Positions 28,301-41,100 of a stretch of DNA of 64,000 nucleotides are shown piece after piece; position 1 is the first letter of the stretch, and every line of letters begins with the position of its first letter. Below the pieces are notes generated by a model that did no database searches, was not told the DNA's origin, and saw only the letters and a list, made by a program, of their open reading frames with translations. This DNA comes from Reclinomonas americana ATCC 50394 (taxonomy: Eukaryota), in contig PS015020.1 of assembly GCA_048213135.1 (NCBI GenBank), positions 448,218 to 512,217 of the forward strand, in the 5' to 3' direction. The position numbers and the translations under genes are program-made.

Positions 28301-29904
28301 CTTGCTGGCGTGGCAGAGGTTTGCGGAGAGATCAATGATCGCGCGTCAGGTGAATCACTAATCGCTACGCACCGCAGATTGAACCACTATCCGCAGTCGC
28401 GGCAACTCACTCGCAAGGACTTGCTGGTAATGCGTTTGCTCTCACACATGCTTTGCATTTCTTAGCCGACTCTCATCTTTGCCGGGCGCAGCAAAAACAC
28501 CTCGATCGCTACGCCTGTATGCCGGGCAAGGTTGGCGACGCATTTTCCATCCTGCCGGACTCGTTCCGCCTGCCGAAACAGTACATCGAGTTCATGGACG
28601 TGTTTGATCACGTGCGTTCCTCGCTCTCGCCATCCTCTCCTCTCTGCGCACACTCACGCTCGTCATACACCAACAACAGTATGCAGCTGCCGGCTTCGAC
28701 TCCAACATCTGGATTCTGAAACCGGCCGACTTGTCGCGCGGCCGCGGAATCTCTCTGATTAACAATCGGACGGCCGTGGTGCCGGGCGAGAACCTTGTCG
28801 TGCAAAAGTACATTGAGAGGGTGAGTGTGTTGTGCAAAATTTCAGTAGAGCAGCCTCGTACCAACATGGCCGTCGTGCAGCCGCTGCTGGTGGAAGGGTA
28901 CAAGTTCGATCTGCGCCTGTACGTGCTGGTGACGTCGTTTTCTCCGCTGGAGGTGTTTCTGTACCAGGAGGGTTTTGCGCGCTTCGCCACGCAGCCGTAC
29001 ACCACCGACGCGAGTCAGGTGCGGTGGCTGCCCAACAGAGACCGGCAACTTGTCTCGATCACGTTGCTCATTCTTCTTCTGTGATAACCCCTCGTCCACA
29101 GTTGAGGAATGTGTTTGTGCACCTGACCAACAGCTCGATCCAGAAGAACAGCGACGGCGCTCTGCCTCGCATTCTCGGTGGCATGGGTGGTGGTGAGTGC
29201 AATACGCACTAGTATTGAGGCAGCACCACTCTCGCTCACCGCCCTGCTTTTTTCACCAGGCACCAAGTGCAGTTTGGCACAACTTCGACGCCTGCTGTCG
29301 GATCGCCAGGTTGATTTCGAGCCCGTGTGGTCCGACATTGCCATGGTCATCCTCAAGTGCCTGGCCTGCGTCGACGACATTATTCCGCACTGCCGGCAGG
29401 CCTTCGAGCTCTTTGGCTTTGACGTTATCATTGACGAGAACCTGCATCCGTGGTTGCTGGAGGTCAACTCGTCGCCGATGATGCACATGGTGCGTGGGTG
29501 CCGTACGTGCGCCACCGCGGCCTGCTGGTCTCTCATCATCGCCACACAGGATGCACCGCTCGACGAAGACATCAAGGGTCGTTTGCTCGCCGACACTCTG
29601 AGCCTGATCGACCCGCTGCCCTTCAACATGCAGGCACTGGAGGAGGTGCTGCAGCGTCGGGTGCGCGAGCGGCCTCGAGCTGCCGCCCGCCACGATCCGA
29701 GTTGCGTGCTCCACTGTCTGAAGTCGGCGCCTCTCTCTACTCGCTCTCACTGGCGGCGTTTCAGGTCTCAACGACGACCTCGTGCACATTCTCGGCGGTC
29801 GCACACCGCGACTGCACGGCGAAACCCCTCGCCACATGGGAAACTACAAGATGATAGCACCGAGTCCGTTGTACACTCGAGTGTGCAAGATGAAGCGCGG
29901 CTGA
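24790..29904 (+). CDS. Tubulin-tyrosine-ligase-like (TTLL) enzyme, probable polyglutamylase, with a very long disordered N-terminus
   Basis: Spliced motifs WNLMW, LNHYPQSRQLTRKDLL, WILKPADLSRGRGI, VQKYIERPLLVEGYKFDLRLYVLV, FARFA, HLTNSSIQK and FELFGFDVIIDENLHPWLLEVNSSP. Stop at 29902-29904. Confidence 0.9.
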
Positions 29905-29911
29905 GTGCCAC

Positions 29912-30067
29912 TCAGTCGGCCTCGCCATACACAATCTGGCTATCCGGGCTCACCTCCGCAATCACCTCCAAAATCTTGTGCAGCTCCACGACGGCTTCGT
30001 TGCTCATGTCGCTCTTCCCGAGGATTCGCAGGCGGAACGGTGCATCAACACGATATCCGAGTCCACC
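29912..30067 (-). CDS. Duplicated (candidate alternative) terminal exon encoding the barstar C-terminal half
   Basis: TTAAC..CAG acceptor in phase 0. Open frame GGLGYRVDAPFRLRILGKSDMSNEAVVELHKILEVIAEVSPDSQIVYGEAD* is colinear with 30683-30850. Confidence 0.55.
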   Translation of the reverse strand, partial: GGLGYRVDAPFRLRILGKSDMSNEAVVELHKILEVIAEVSPDSQIVYGEAD

Positions 30068-30225
30068 CTGGCACGATTGTTTGTTAACATTAAACTGCCG
30101 AGAGATGATGAGGCACTTCACAAACTTGCATTGATTGGTTTCCCTCACTCGTTCCTGTGCGATGCATGGCCTTGACACTCACAGTCGCAACGGAGTACAC
30201 AATCGCCACTGTCTTTATCCCCACA

Positions 30226-30680
30226 GCCGGCAGGCCTTCGAGCTGTTTGACTTCCATTTTGCTTCATGATCAAGTCGGCCCGGTCACTCGCTAGCGCTGC
30301 TTATCGTGCGGCCGGTTCGCGGATCCGGAGTTCTGCCCTTTATCTGTAGTCTGTCTCCTGCCTGTGGTCACAACACGATCGCGAGTGCAGGCCATTCTTA
30401 GGACGAGGTGCCGAATGTCAACTTGTCCATGCGCCACTGTGGCCTGTTGTCTCTCATCACCACACAGAATGCATCGCTCGACGATGACAGCATGATACCC
30501 ACTCGTACTCTGATGAGGCACTGGAGAAGGTGTAGCAGCATCGAGTGTGCAAGCGGCCTCAAGTTGCCGCCTGCCACGATCCAAGTGCAGATCATCGGTG
30601 GCCACACCACGCCACCTGGTAAACCAGAAGATGATAGCACCGAGTCCGCTGTACACTCGAGTCAAGCTCGGCCGAGTGCC
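30226..30680 (+). pseudogene. Degenerate tandem copy of the TTLL 3' end
   Basis: Matches 29392-29904 in blocks (gccggcaggccttcgagct; aagatgatagcaccgagtccg..tacactcgagt) but carries many deletions and frameshifts. Confidence 0.8.
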
Positions 30681-30682
30681 TC

Positions 30683-33600
30683 TCAGTCTCGAACACGCGC
30701 AGCCTCGCCAAACACAATCTCGCTTGCCGGGCTCTCCTCCTGAATCACCTCCATGATCTTGTGAAGTGCCGTGGTGGCTGCACCACTCATGTCCTTCTTC
30801 CCGATGACCCGCAGGCGGAACGGTGCTTCAACCTGATACCCGAGTCCTCCCTGGCGAGTCGCGATGGTTAACACAAGACTGTCAAGAGATGATCCGGAAA
30901 TATAGTACTCGCAACGCACTCTGAGGCCGTCGGCGACCGCGTCCAAGTTGCTGTGTGTGTGTGTGTGAGAGAGATTAAGGCACGTGTGTGTGTGTGTGTG
31001 AGATTAAGGCACGTGTGTGTGTGTGTGTCAAGATGGGCACGACGAACTGTCCATGCCAGTCGGGGGCTCCCACGGCCGCCAAGTACGCTCGATACACGTC
31101 ATCTGCCGATCGCCTGAGAGGATGATTGAGACGGAGTTGCTTCACCTCTCTATGTGTGTGGCTGGTTACGCAACGCGCCCCGGCACTGCATCACTGCTTC
31201 AGGCAAGTCAGCCATCGTCGCTCTCACACACAACTGGGAAATCGAAGGCGGACTTCAGAAACAAGGACGCGACTCTCGCACGACTTCAGACTCTGCTTTC
31301 CCTCGCGAGCTTCTGTGAGGAAGCACAGCCTTGACACTGCTCGTAATACACAATCACCGCTGCCTTTATTCCGACACAGAGAACGGCGGCACGCTCAACG
31401 CATGCTGGACGACGCGACTTCGGCTGCCATGTTATCGAGCAACGTGTTGGAGTCGACGGACTCGTCGCTGAGTTGGTGGATAAACGCGTTGACGACAAAA
31501 TCGACCAGAGAGGGGTCGGGGGGACGGCCGAGCACGCTCGTCGCACGCCGAGTGACCAGTTGCACGACGTACTGCCGATCGTCATCCTCCTCACCACCCT
31601 CTGGCGCCGCGACTCCTTGTGCTGTTGGTGCTGCAGTGGCACCCGGATGCGCAACGACCTCCCACGAGTCTTCACCGGCTGCTCGTGCGCGTAGTGATTC
31701 GCCCAGTCGTCTCATGGCGGAGCGCGTGTCGGGAGGGGTCGACTGCGCACTGTGCTTCGCAGGGACGTGGTGCGTCGTACCGCGATGCTCGGCCATGCCG
31801 CGGACAACGGAGCGCGCGACACGATCCCAGTGGCGTGATGCCGTCTGCGGCGGAGATAGAATGCAGCAAGCTTCAGCGATTCAGGCGACGACAACAGTAA
31901 ACAAATGTGTCATGACGCACCTCGGCTCGACTTGATACTGCTGGCGCACGGTGCTTCGCAAAGGCACCGGAGAACACGTGCTCACGAACCGCATTCCAGT
32001 GTTGTGATGACGGAGACTGTTAACACACGCAAGTCGCAGGTCAGCTGCAAAACTTTAAACAATCCACGTGGTGGCAAGAATGCGTAACATGGCCGGCATC
32101 GGTCCGCAGAGTGAGCACGTTGCGCAATGCCACGTCGCGGACGAGATCCCTGGCGACGCTACCAATCGGATCGAACTATGCACGCAGCAGTCAGCCACCA
32201 GGGGCAACGGAAGCTTGTGCTCTCAAGCATCCACCCACCTCTGCGTCGTCGACCTCCACCGTCGGCGAAAAGTGCACCCGATGAGGTCGCGAGCTGCCGG
32301 GCGACATGGACGACAGCGAGTTGCGCCGAGGAGAGCCGCGTGGAGGCTATATAGAGGGACAACGCGTCAATCACATTACCTCACAGAAATCAGAAGCGTG
32401 GCGAAAACGAGACGAAACACTTGGTGGTTGATGTCGCAGCGCCAGCACTGCACGCATCTCCTCCTTTGCTTGCTCCACAGCTCGCATGGCGTCGTCCAGC
32501 TGTGACTTGCAGGTTAGCTCATCGAGAGGTGACAATAAGCAGAGGGAAGAAAATGACGCACTCTGTCTTCCGCGGGATGATCGTCCAGGTCGTCTTGCAC
32601 ATCGTCGTACTCATCGGTGGCCACGTCCGAATCCTCCGAGTACTGATCGTGACTGTCGTTGTCTCCGCTGCGTGATGAAGTCGCACTGCCGAGAGCATCT
32701 TCGTGCAGGCGTGCCAACTCATTCAGCAAGCTCCGGCTGCGCAGAGGAGAGATCAGCAAACGACAGACGGCGCGCCGGACGAGATGCAGCAGACGCACTG
32801 CTGATGAATCAACGACGGCGACGTGAGCAGCGACTCGTCGTCGTTCTCGGTTCGCACGATGCGCTTCAGCTCGGCCAGCAGATTTCTCTTGGTGGCCATT
32901 GAGGACGGCGATAGTGGTGTGTCTCGATTGCCCACCTGCAACGGAAACAGTGAACACACACGCAATGTGCAATGTGCAACACACGGATTGCCAACCTTTC
33001 TCGTCAACTCGCCAAGCACGCCGCGCTGCGCAGCAATGTCATCCACGGCCGGCACTGGCAGGACATGTGACTTGATGGCGCCCGCAATCGCCCTCCGCGC
33101 GGCAAAATTGGGTGGCGGCGGTGGCGGTGGTGGTGGAGCCGCAGGCGCGGGTGGAGCTGCAGGTCGTGGTGACTGTCGGAGGCAAACGCAATTGTGAGTG
33201 GAAGCAGATGACGCGAGACGACTGCCCGAGCCACTCACCGTGGAAGACGAGGAAGACGAAGAGGACGAGGAGACAGCCAAAGTTGCAGCCGCGGGGTCAG
33301 TGGTCGGCTGGCTGCGACGCTTGCGACTTTTTCGTCGAGCCTGCTGGCGAGCAAGCTTGGCCGCCTCGGTAAGCTCCGACAGCAGCATGTTCTTGGCACG
33401 GAGGGCCGACGGCAGCGCCGCGACATCTGCGTCGACCACCGACCTGGTCTTGGAGCGGAGCTCAGAGAGCAGCGTCGGCTGCGCCTTCACACGAGAGGGT
33501 GAAAGGGCGACATCGGACGCGCCTCCCAGCTACAACATTCACGCACGTCAGCAACTCGCAAAAGGGACAACGCACAATGCAGGAAACCAAAAAGAAGCGC

Positions 33601-36600
33601 ACCCGCTGAATGTCTCCCAACAGTTGCTTGTTCACCGGCGACGAGATCGACGACGCAGCACCGCGCGAGGATCGCGATGGCGGTGGCGGTGGTGGTGGAG
33701 GCGGTGGTGGTGGAGGAGCAGGCGGTGCGGCAGGAGCTGCATGATCCATGTCGGACCACAACACCTCCGGCGAGCTTGGTCGATCAGGAGACGGCTACGT
33801 AACAAATCGCATCATTAGGGGACGCTCACAGACCACACAAAAGCATTGTCTCCACTGACCTCAAAGAACTCAGCTCCGTCCTCCTCATGAACCTCCAACA
33901 CCGGTGACGGCTGCTCGTCGTCGCGCGAGTTGCGAGACTCGGTCGTCAGCACCGGCGCACGAACAACTGCCAGTGGCACGGGCGCGGCGGCGCTGGTCGC
34001 TGCGGAGGCTCCCGAGCGCGGCTTTGCAGGCGGCTGTGGTGACAGATCGAATTTCACACTCTGCGCAGTCGTTGAGCGCGACGATTGGCGCACAACATGC
34101 GAGTCGGATCCCACCTTTTGCTTCAACTCGTCAAGCACAGACCGCTTGCGCGCCACGGATGATGGACTGGCCAATGCTGCGTGCATTGACAAAAAGAAAA
34201 ATGGTGAGTGAATGGTGACGGATAGGGTCATCAACACAAACACTGACCATCATCTGACTTTGGCACTCGCGCGTGCACCTCTGACAAGAGTTTGGAATGG
34301 TTGATCATGGCAGACGGTGCTTGACTGCAGAACGGGTTCAGCGTCGGAGAGGAGGAGGAAGAAAAGCAGAATGGACCAAAGCGCAACATAATGTCGTCGT
34401 CGCGTGCCGCCATGGTTCGACGCTGCAGTTCATGCATCAGGCTGCCCTGTGCACGAATGGCCGACGGCATAGAGGCCCCTCCACCCTGCGACAACGACTT
34501 TGTTAAGTCTACGAAAGAAGGGCGAGCACACAGTCAAGAGCATCCGAACCGTGTTGCGCAGCTGGGTCAAAAGTGCGGCGTGCGAGCGCACCTGCGATGG
34601 CGAACTGCTGCCGGCCTCATTGGTGGGAACCTTTTGCCGGAGCTCCGAAATGAGGCTAGATCGACCTTCAACGGCCGATGGAGTTGCGCCGCCGGCCGCC
34701 CGCACTCCGACAAGCAGATTGCGATGCGACTGCACGGCTGATGGCGGCACCGAGTCGGCCATGGTGCGCAGCACACCAGGCACACCCTGTCGCGCAGCAC
34801 CGGGCGGAGGTGGCGGAGGGGCTTGCGGTGGAGGTGGAGGTGGTGGTGGAGGTGCGGAGGGTGCGCTGGGTGCAGTCGAACTGAGCGAGCACTCGTCAGT
34901 GGGAGGAAAGAGAGCAAGCAAGTCGGTCGTAATAAGTCACGCCATACCCGTTGGCTGGAAGATCGCCGCGCTTCGTGGACACCACATCTTCCAATTCCTG
35001 CAATTGCCTCGCCAGCTCGTCATTCTGTCTCGCGATTTCGTCAGCTCTGGATTGCACACACATGTCAGTGGGGCGGGGAGAGAATAGGGGGGAGAGAAAG
35101 GAGAGACTTGCTACCGTCGTCGTTGCGTGCGATACTCGGCGCGGAGCTGAGAGCGCTCCGATTCGAGTGCTTCAAAGGCTGCAGCGCTGGCTGCAAACTG
35201 TGACAGAGAAAGCGTATGAGCGAAACTTGCACACCGACGTGCACAATAGCTGAACGGAACGCACCCCATGAATCACGCCAGCATTGCTGTGAGAGCAACA
35301 AGTTCAAGTTGTGAGACACGCAGGTGCTTTTGAGTGTGTGTGAGCGTTACACCACCGACCTCTCACGCTCCTGCTCCAACTGCTCCTCCAGATCGTGAAC
35401 ACGACGCAGCAAATCGTTACACCTGCAACGGCGGATTGAGAACAGACGAGGGCGACGAATGTTGCGAGGGGCTAGCAAACCTGTTCTCGACTGAGCGCTT
35501 CTCACTCTCCAGTCGGGCAATCTGTTGCTTGAGCGACGAAGCCTGCGCCTGATCCAGCGATACCTGGAATGCATTCAGGTGTCAAACATGCACGACAAGT
35601 GCTGCGCTGCACCTGCGTGGAATCACACACCTCCTCGTGTCGCTTCCTGTGCAGCAGAACGACGGTGCATGAGATACGCGTACAGAAATAAGCACACAAC
35701 AAAGAACCAAACATGACGCAACAGTTGCAGGAGCTGCGACAACTCGTCCTGCAGGTGGCTGATTCTGAGTTCCATGGTTACGAATCTGCGGGAGACGCAG
35801 ACAGGTGTGAGACGCGGAAGCGACAAACAGCCGTTTCTTGGAAACACACGGACCTCTGCTCGTAGTCCGACTGCTCTCGTCGCAGTTGCTCCACATCACG
35901 TTGCAAGCGAGAAGCTGCCATTGGATCACTGGTAATCTGTGTGCGACGGAATGTAAAGCAACGATCTGGGTGAAACCTGCTCGAGCACCACACACAAACC
36001 TGTCCCACTGAACCCTGGAGCACCTGGAGACGGGATGCGCGATTCGAGATAATATCGCTCAGCTGTGACAGGAGACGTGTGAGCAGAAAAAGTCAGACGC
36101 GAGTTGATCATTTTTCGACGTCACCAGTCGCTGTTGAGAACGAGTGGAAGCCAGCTCCTGCAGCAGTGACGCGCGCACACTGTCGCCCTCCAGCATCAGC
36201 ATCTGCGCCGCGAGCGACGGAGTGGTGGCGGTGGTGCTGGTGTGCGTGTTGCTGGTTCCCGACGCCGCCAACGACGACGACGACGCGGTCAACGAGTTGA
36301 GCACGCTGGTCGGTGTCGGCAGCGCCGACAGCGGTGACACGTACACGCTGTCGGATCCACCGTCGCTGCCAGCGTCGCCCGTGCCGAGTGTCATTGTTGC
36401 TGCCTGTGGTGACTGAATCGGCATCACCAGCGAGTGCGTGGCACGACCCGCTGCCACCTAACGCGCAGGGTGAGCCACCGAGTGTGGTGAGGCGAAGATC
36501 GACGCGTGACAAACCTGGCGAGACGACACTGGCGATCGATCGGCCGTGCCTGAGGCCGGTGGCGACAAGGGAACAACAGAGGGAGCAGGCGCCTGTTTAT

Positions 36601-37578
36601 CGGATTCCATGTCAGCACCACGCGCGATCACGATTCAATCATATTACGCAACTGGCAACGCCGGTGGTGCCGGTATGCCGAGCTCCTCCTCCAACAACAG
36701 CTTGGCGGCCTTGCTTGGCGCACCTGTACGGCGCAAAACACGAAAACGGAGCGGAGTGAGCACAATGTCTAATGATCGGGCCCCAAAAAACGACCACTAG
36801 TCACCGTTGATGTAGCCCGACCGCGCAATCTCCAGACGCTGCTCGCGAGGGACCGCCGAGCGCGGTGGCGGAATCTCCACCGGTCCCAGCACCTGGCCTC
36901 GCGGAACACCAGCCGGCGACGGATCCTAATCCAACCGCGCGTGAGTGAGCGGAAAAACACAGACCTGTAGACAGAGTGAAGACAGACCCTGGTGGGCTCC
37001 CTCGTCGACTGCACAAACTCCTTGAGCGACACTGGCGGTGCCGGCGACGACGGCGCCGCCACCGCACTCGGCGACAGCGGCGCCGCGTTGCCAGAGATCA
37101 GCGGCTTGCGAATGTACTGCGCCAGCAATCGATTCGACGACGATGACGGCGACGACGATGACGACGAAGCCGGCGACGAGGCAAACGACAGCGGACTAGG
37201 CGGCGGCGATCCCGACTTTATCCGCTGCTTAGCCGCCACATCCGCCATGCGTTGCGCGACCGGTGATGTGGCGGTCGCAGGGCCCTTTCCAATGCCCAAT
37301 CCCGGATACTGTATGACACGAATGAATGAGCGTTCCCCCGCATGTGATCGATATCTCTGCCACGACTGTTGCACCATGCTTCGATAGTCGACTTCCTCGG
37401 AGGAGAAGGCGAGCTCGGCGAGCGACTGGCGCTGGTGCGCGACATCCACAGACTCGCGAATGATTGTGCTCTTGGGCGACGCAGGCGGAGGCGATGAGGC
37501 TGACGGCTTCTTGCCTGCACGTGCCGCAGCCAAGGCCGCTGCCATGCGCTGCCGCCGTTGCTGCGGCGACTGCGACAT
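30683..37578 (-). CDS. Giant multi-exon protein: coiled coil, three polyproline tracts, PSA..LLxELxxxV helical repeats, RVHF motif, C-terminal barstar domain
   Basis: More than 30 exons can be chained in one frame with GT-AG introns from MSQSPQQRRQ (37578) to the stop at 30683. The last four exons (31193-31175, 31113-31048, 30950-30920, 30850-30683) give RSADDVYRAYLAAVGAPDWHGHNLDAVADGLRGGLGYQVEAPFRLRVIG. Confidence 0.75.
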
Positions 37579-38150
37579 CTGAGAGAAGGAGAGAGTGTGT
37601 GAGTGCGAGAGTGAGTGAGGCCATTTCGTGCACGTTTTTTGTGTTCTGCGCTTTTTTGTTGCCTTCTGCTGTGTGCGTGGTGTGTATCGCGTGTGCATGC
37701 GTGTGCGTGTGCGTGTGTGTGCGTGCCTTTGCTCGCTCACCGTTCGATAAGTGATCGTCGGAAATTTTATGCCTGTCTCAAAACACAACAGCGAAAAGGT
37801 ACGCGCGCAGACACACACGCACGTTCACAGACACAGCGGGCGTGTGTGTGCCTCTCCTCTCTCTTGCTCTCTCTCGCGCGCTCTCCCACTCACACTCTGT
37901 GCTCGACATGACATTCCATTGTTATATTGGTTGCGTGTGCTGAGCAGAGCATCTGAGAATCACCGCCCGATTCCTCTCTCTTTCTCCACTCCCTCTCTCT
38001 CGCTCACTCACACACATCTACCTGCGCGCACACACACTCTCCATCACATGCTCATGCACATGCAGTTGAAAAAGCTCAACTTGACCTTCAACCGATTCTT
38101 TTGCTGATCACGACACAACGCAGGCGACTAGTGTGTGTGCGAGAGAGAGA

Positions 38151-41100
38151 ATGAGTGAGCAGACAGCAGGGTCATCATCGGCATTGAAGAAGCCGGCGGA
38201 TATGGACGAGGCTGTGCACGAGTGGGACGAGTACTTTCATGTCCAGGAGGTACGTGTACGCGGGATAATACGTAGTTGTCACGCCAATCGCGCCACAACA
38301 CGACGACTGGCGGACCGACTCTCTCTCTCTCTCCGCGGTGTGTGTATTTTCCTTTGCGTTCGCAGTTGCGGTCTCCGTCGTCGCTGGCGAGCAAGAATCC
38401 CGCCGAGCTGGCCAACATGATGCGCGAGGGAATTGTGTCGCATGCTGATGACTCGTCGCCGCTGTCGCCATCGGCTGCGCATCGTCACAGTGAGGCACTG
38501 GCGGAGCTCATGAGTGGAGTGGGATCGTCGGAGAAGGAGGTGGGAGGCCGCGCGTGGTGTGTGTGTCTGTGAATCGCGTGCTGAGTAGAGTGACTGTTGG
38601 CAGGATCATGCGCACTTGGTGGGCGAGCTGAATCGTGTGGCGGCGCCGGTGTTGAGTGCGGACACGGGGCTCATGCGGCCGTCGGATATGCGGCATCGTG
38701 CGGCGGTGCTGCGCAGCATTCGCACGATGCAGGATACGTTGCCGCCGTCCACCGTGGCCAACAAGCGGCAGATGACGGCCGAGCTGCAGCGCACAGTTGC
38801 GTGCTTGTTGCAGTGGATCTGGGATGGATTCTAGTCTTGTTCACTCATATTCTCGATGTCTGATCAGGTTCCCCAAGCAGATGATTCGGTTCGCATTGCG
38901 CTTTTCCTCTCGGTCCGGATGATTGTCTCACCGTGTGTCGGCGCGCAGTTGACCACGTATCCATCGGGAATGCACGACAAAGCGACGTTGGCGGCGGCTG
39001 TTCGTGCCAATGTCCGTCCGACCCCGTGCCAAGATGATGTGTCGGCTGAACACAGCGCTCGTTCACATGTGCTGAGTGAGTTGTCGCGGGTGAGTCCACT
39101 GTCCGCAAGAGTTGTATCTGCGGTAGCAGCAGCTCATGCTCTTCTCGTGCGATCGCAGACTGCGGAAGCCAGTGGCGAGGGATTCAGTTGTGTCACCCTT
39201 CTGTCATCTTCAGCTCAGCAGATGACCGTGCCTGACTTTGCCGATTGCACAGCTCCACAAGCTCTGCAGTCGCGCGCCGCTCTGGCGAGCGAGCTGCATC
39301 GCAAGATCCCGGAAGCCGACAATGCTGGCACCGTGCCACCGTCTGCACTGGCACATCATGGAGACATGTTGCGCGATCTGACGGCGCACGTGGCGGCGGC
39401 ACCCAGTGATGATGAACTGCGACGCCGTGCCAATGCACCAATGTTTACCGAGCTGCTGGGTGTTGCGTCTCTTTTCATTGATTGATTGTCGAGTGTTTGT
39501 GTCAATGTGACTGAAAAAATGCATGCAGAGTGGTCAACTGCGAGCTGGTGGCGAGGACGATGTACATGCGATTCCACCGTCGTCGGTGCGCTCACATCAC
39601 TTGCTGGCGGATGAGATTCGGCATCGCGTTCCGGAGGTGGAGACGGCCGAGGCGTCGGCTGCTCCATCTGCACTGAAGGCCAAGGCGGCGCTGGCGGCGG
39701 ACATTCGCAGCCACGTGACACCCAAGGCGAGTGTGGACGAGGTTGCGTCGGAGAAGCGTGCTCGGTCGAATGTGTTGGGCGAGCTGTCCAGGGTTCGTCA
39801 CTTGAAGCGTGTGGTGATGTTTCTGTTGCTGCATCGTCACTGAGTTGCATGCTTGTGTGCAGATCTCGGAGGGCGCTGGTGACGGCTTTTGTTGCGTCGC
39901 TCTCTTCCTCACCATGAGCTCTACAGATGTTGTGCCTGACCTTGTTTTATTGCACAGCTCCACAAGCTATGCAGTCGCGCGCCGCTCTGGCCAGCGAGTT
40001 GCATCGCAAGATCCCGGAGGCCGACGATGCTGGCACAGTGCCACCGTCTGCATTGGCACACCGTGGAGACATGTTGCGCGATCTGACGGCGCACGTGGCG
40101 GCGGCACCCAGTGATGATGAGCTGCGACGCCGTGCCAATGCGCCAATGTTTACCGAGCTGCTGGGAGTTGCGTCTCTTTTCATTGATTGATTGTCGAGTG
40201 TTTGTGTCAATGTGACTGAAAAAATGCATGCAGAGTGGTCAACTGCGAGCTGGTGGCGAGGACGATGTACATGCGATTCCACCGTCGTCGGTGCGCTCAC
40301 ATCACTTGCTGGCGGATGAGATTCGGCATCGTGTTCCGGAGGTGGAGACGGCCGAGGCCTCGGCTGCTCCATCTGCACTGAAGGCCAAGGCGGCACTGGC
40401 AGCGGACATTCGCAGTCATGTGACACCGAAGGCGAGTGTGGACGAGGTTGCGTCAGAGAAGCGTGCACGGTCGAATGTGTTGGGCGAGCTGTCCAGGGTG
40501 CGTCTTCGGTTAAGTGATGTTTCTGTTGCCGCATCACCACTAAGTTGCATGCTTGTGTGTAGATCTCGGAAGGTGCTGGTGACGGTTTTTGTTGCGTCTC
40601 TCTGTTGTTCACCGTGAGCTCAGCAGATGTTGTTGCCTGACCTTGTTTTATTGCACAGCTCCACAAGCTCTGCATTCGCGTGCAGCTCTGGCCAGCGAGT
40701 TGCACCGCAAGATCCCAGAGGCCGACGATGCCGGCACAGTGCCACCGTCTGCATTGGCGCATCGTGGAGACATGTTGCGCGATCTGACGGCGCATGTGGC
40801 TGCGGCACCCAGTGATGATGAACTGCGACGCCGTGCCAATGCACCAATGTTTACCGAGCTGCTGGGTGTTGCGTCTCTTTTGATTGATTGATTGATTGAT
40901 TGTCGAGTGTGTGTGTCAATGTGACTGAAAATATGCATGCAGAGCGGTCAACTGCGAGCTGGTGGCGAGGACGATGTACATGCGATTCCGCCGTCGTCGG
41001 TGCGCTCACATCACCTGCTGGCGGATGAGATTCGGCATCGTGTTCCGGAGGTGGAGACGGCCGAGGCGTCGGCTGCTCCGTCTGCGCTGAAGGCCAAGGC

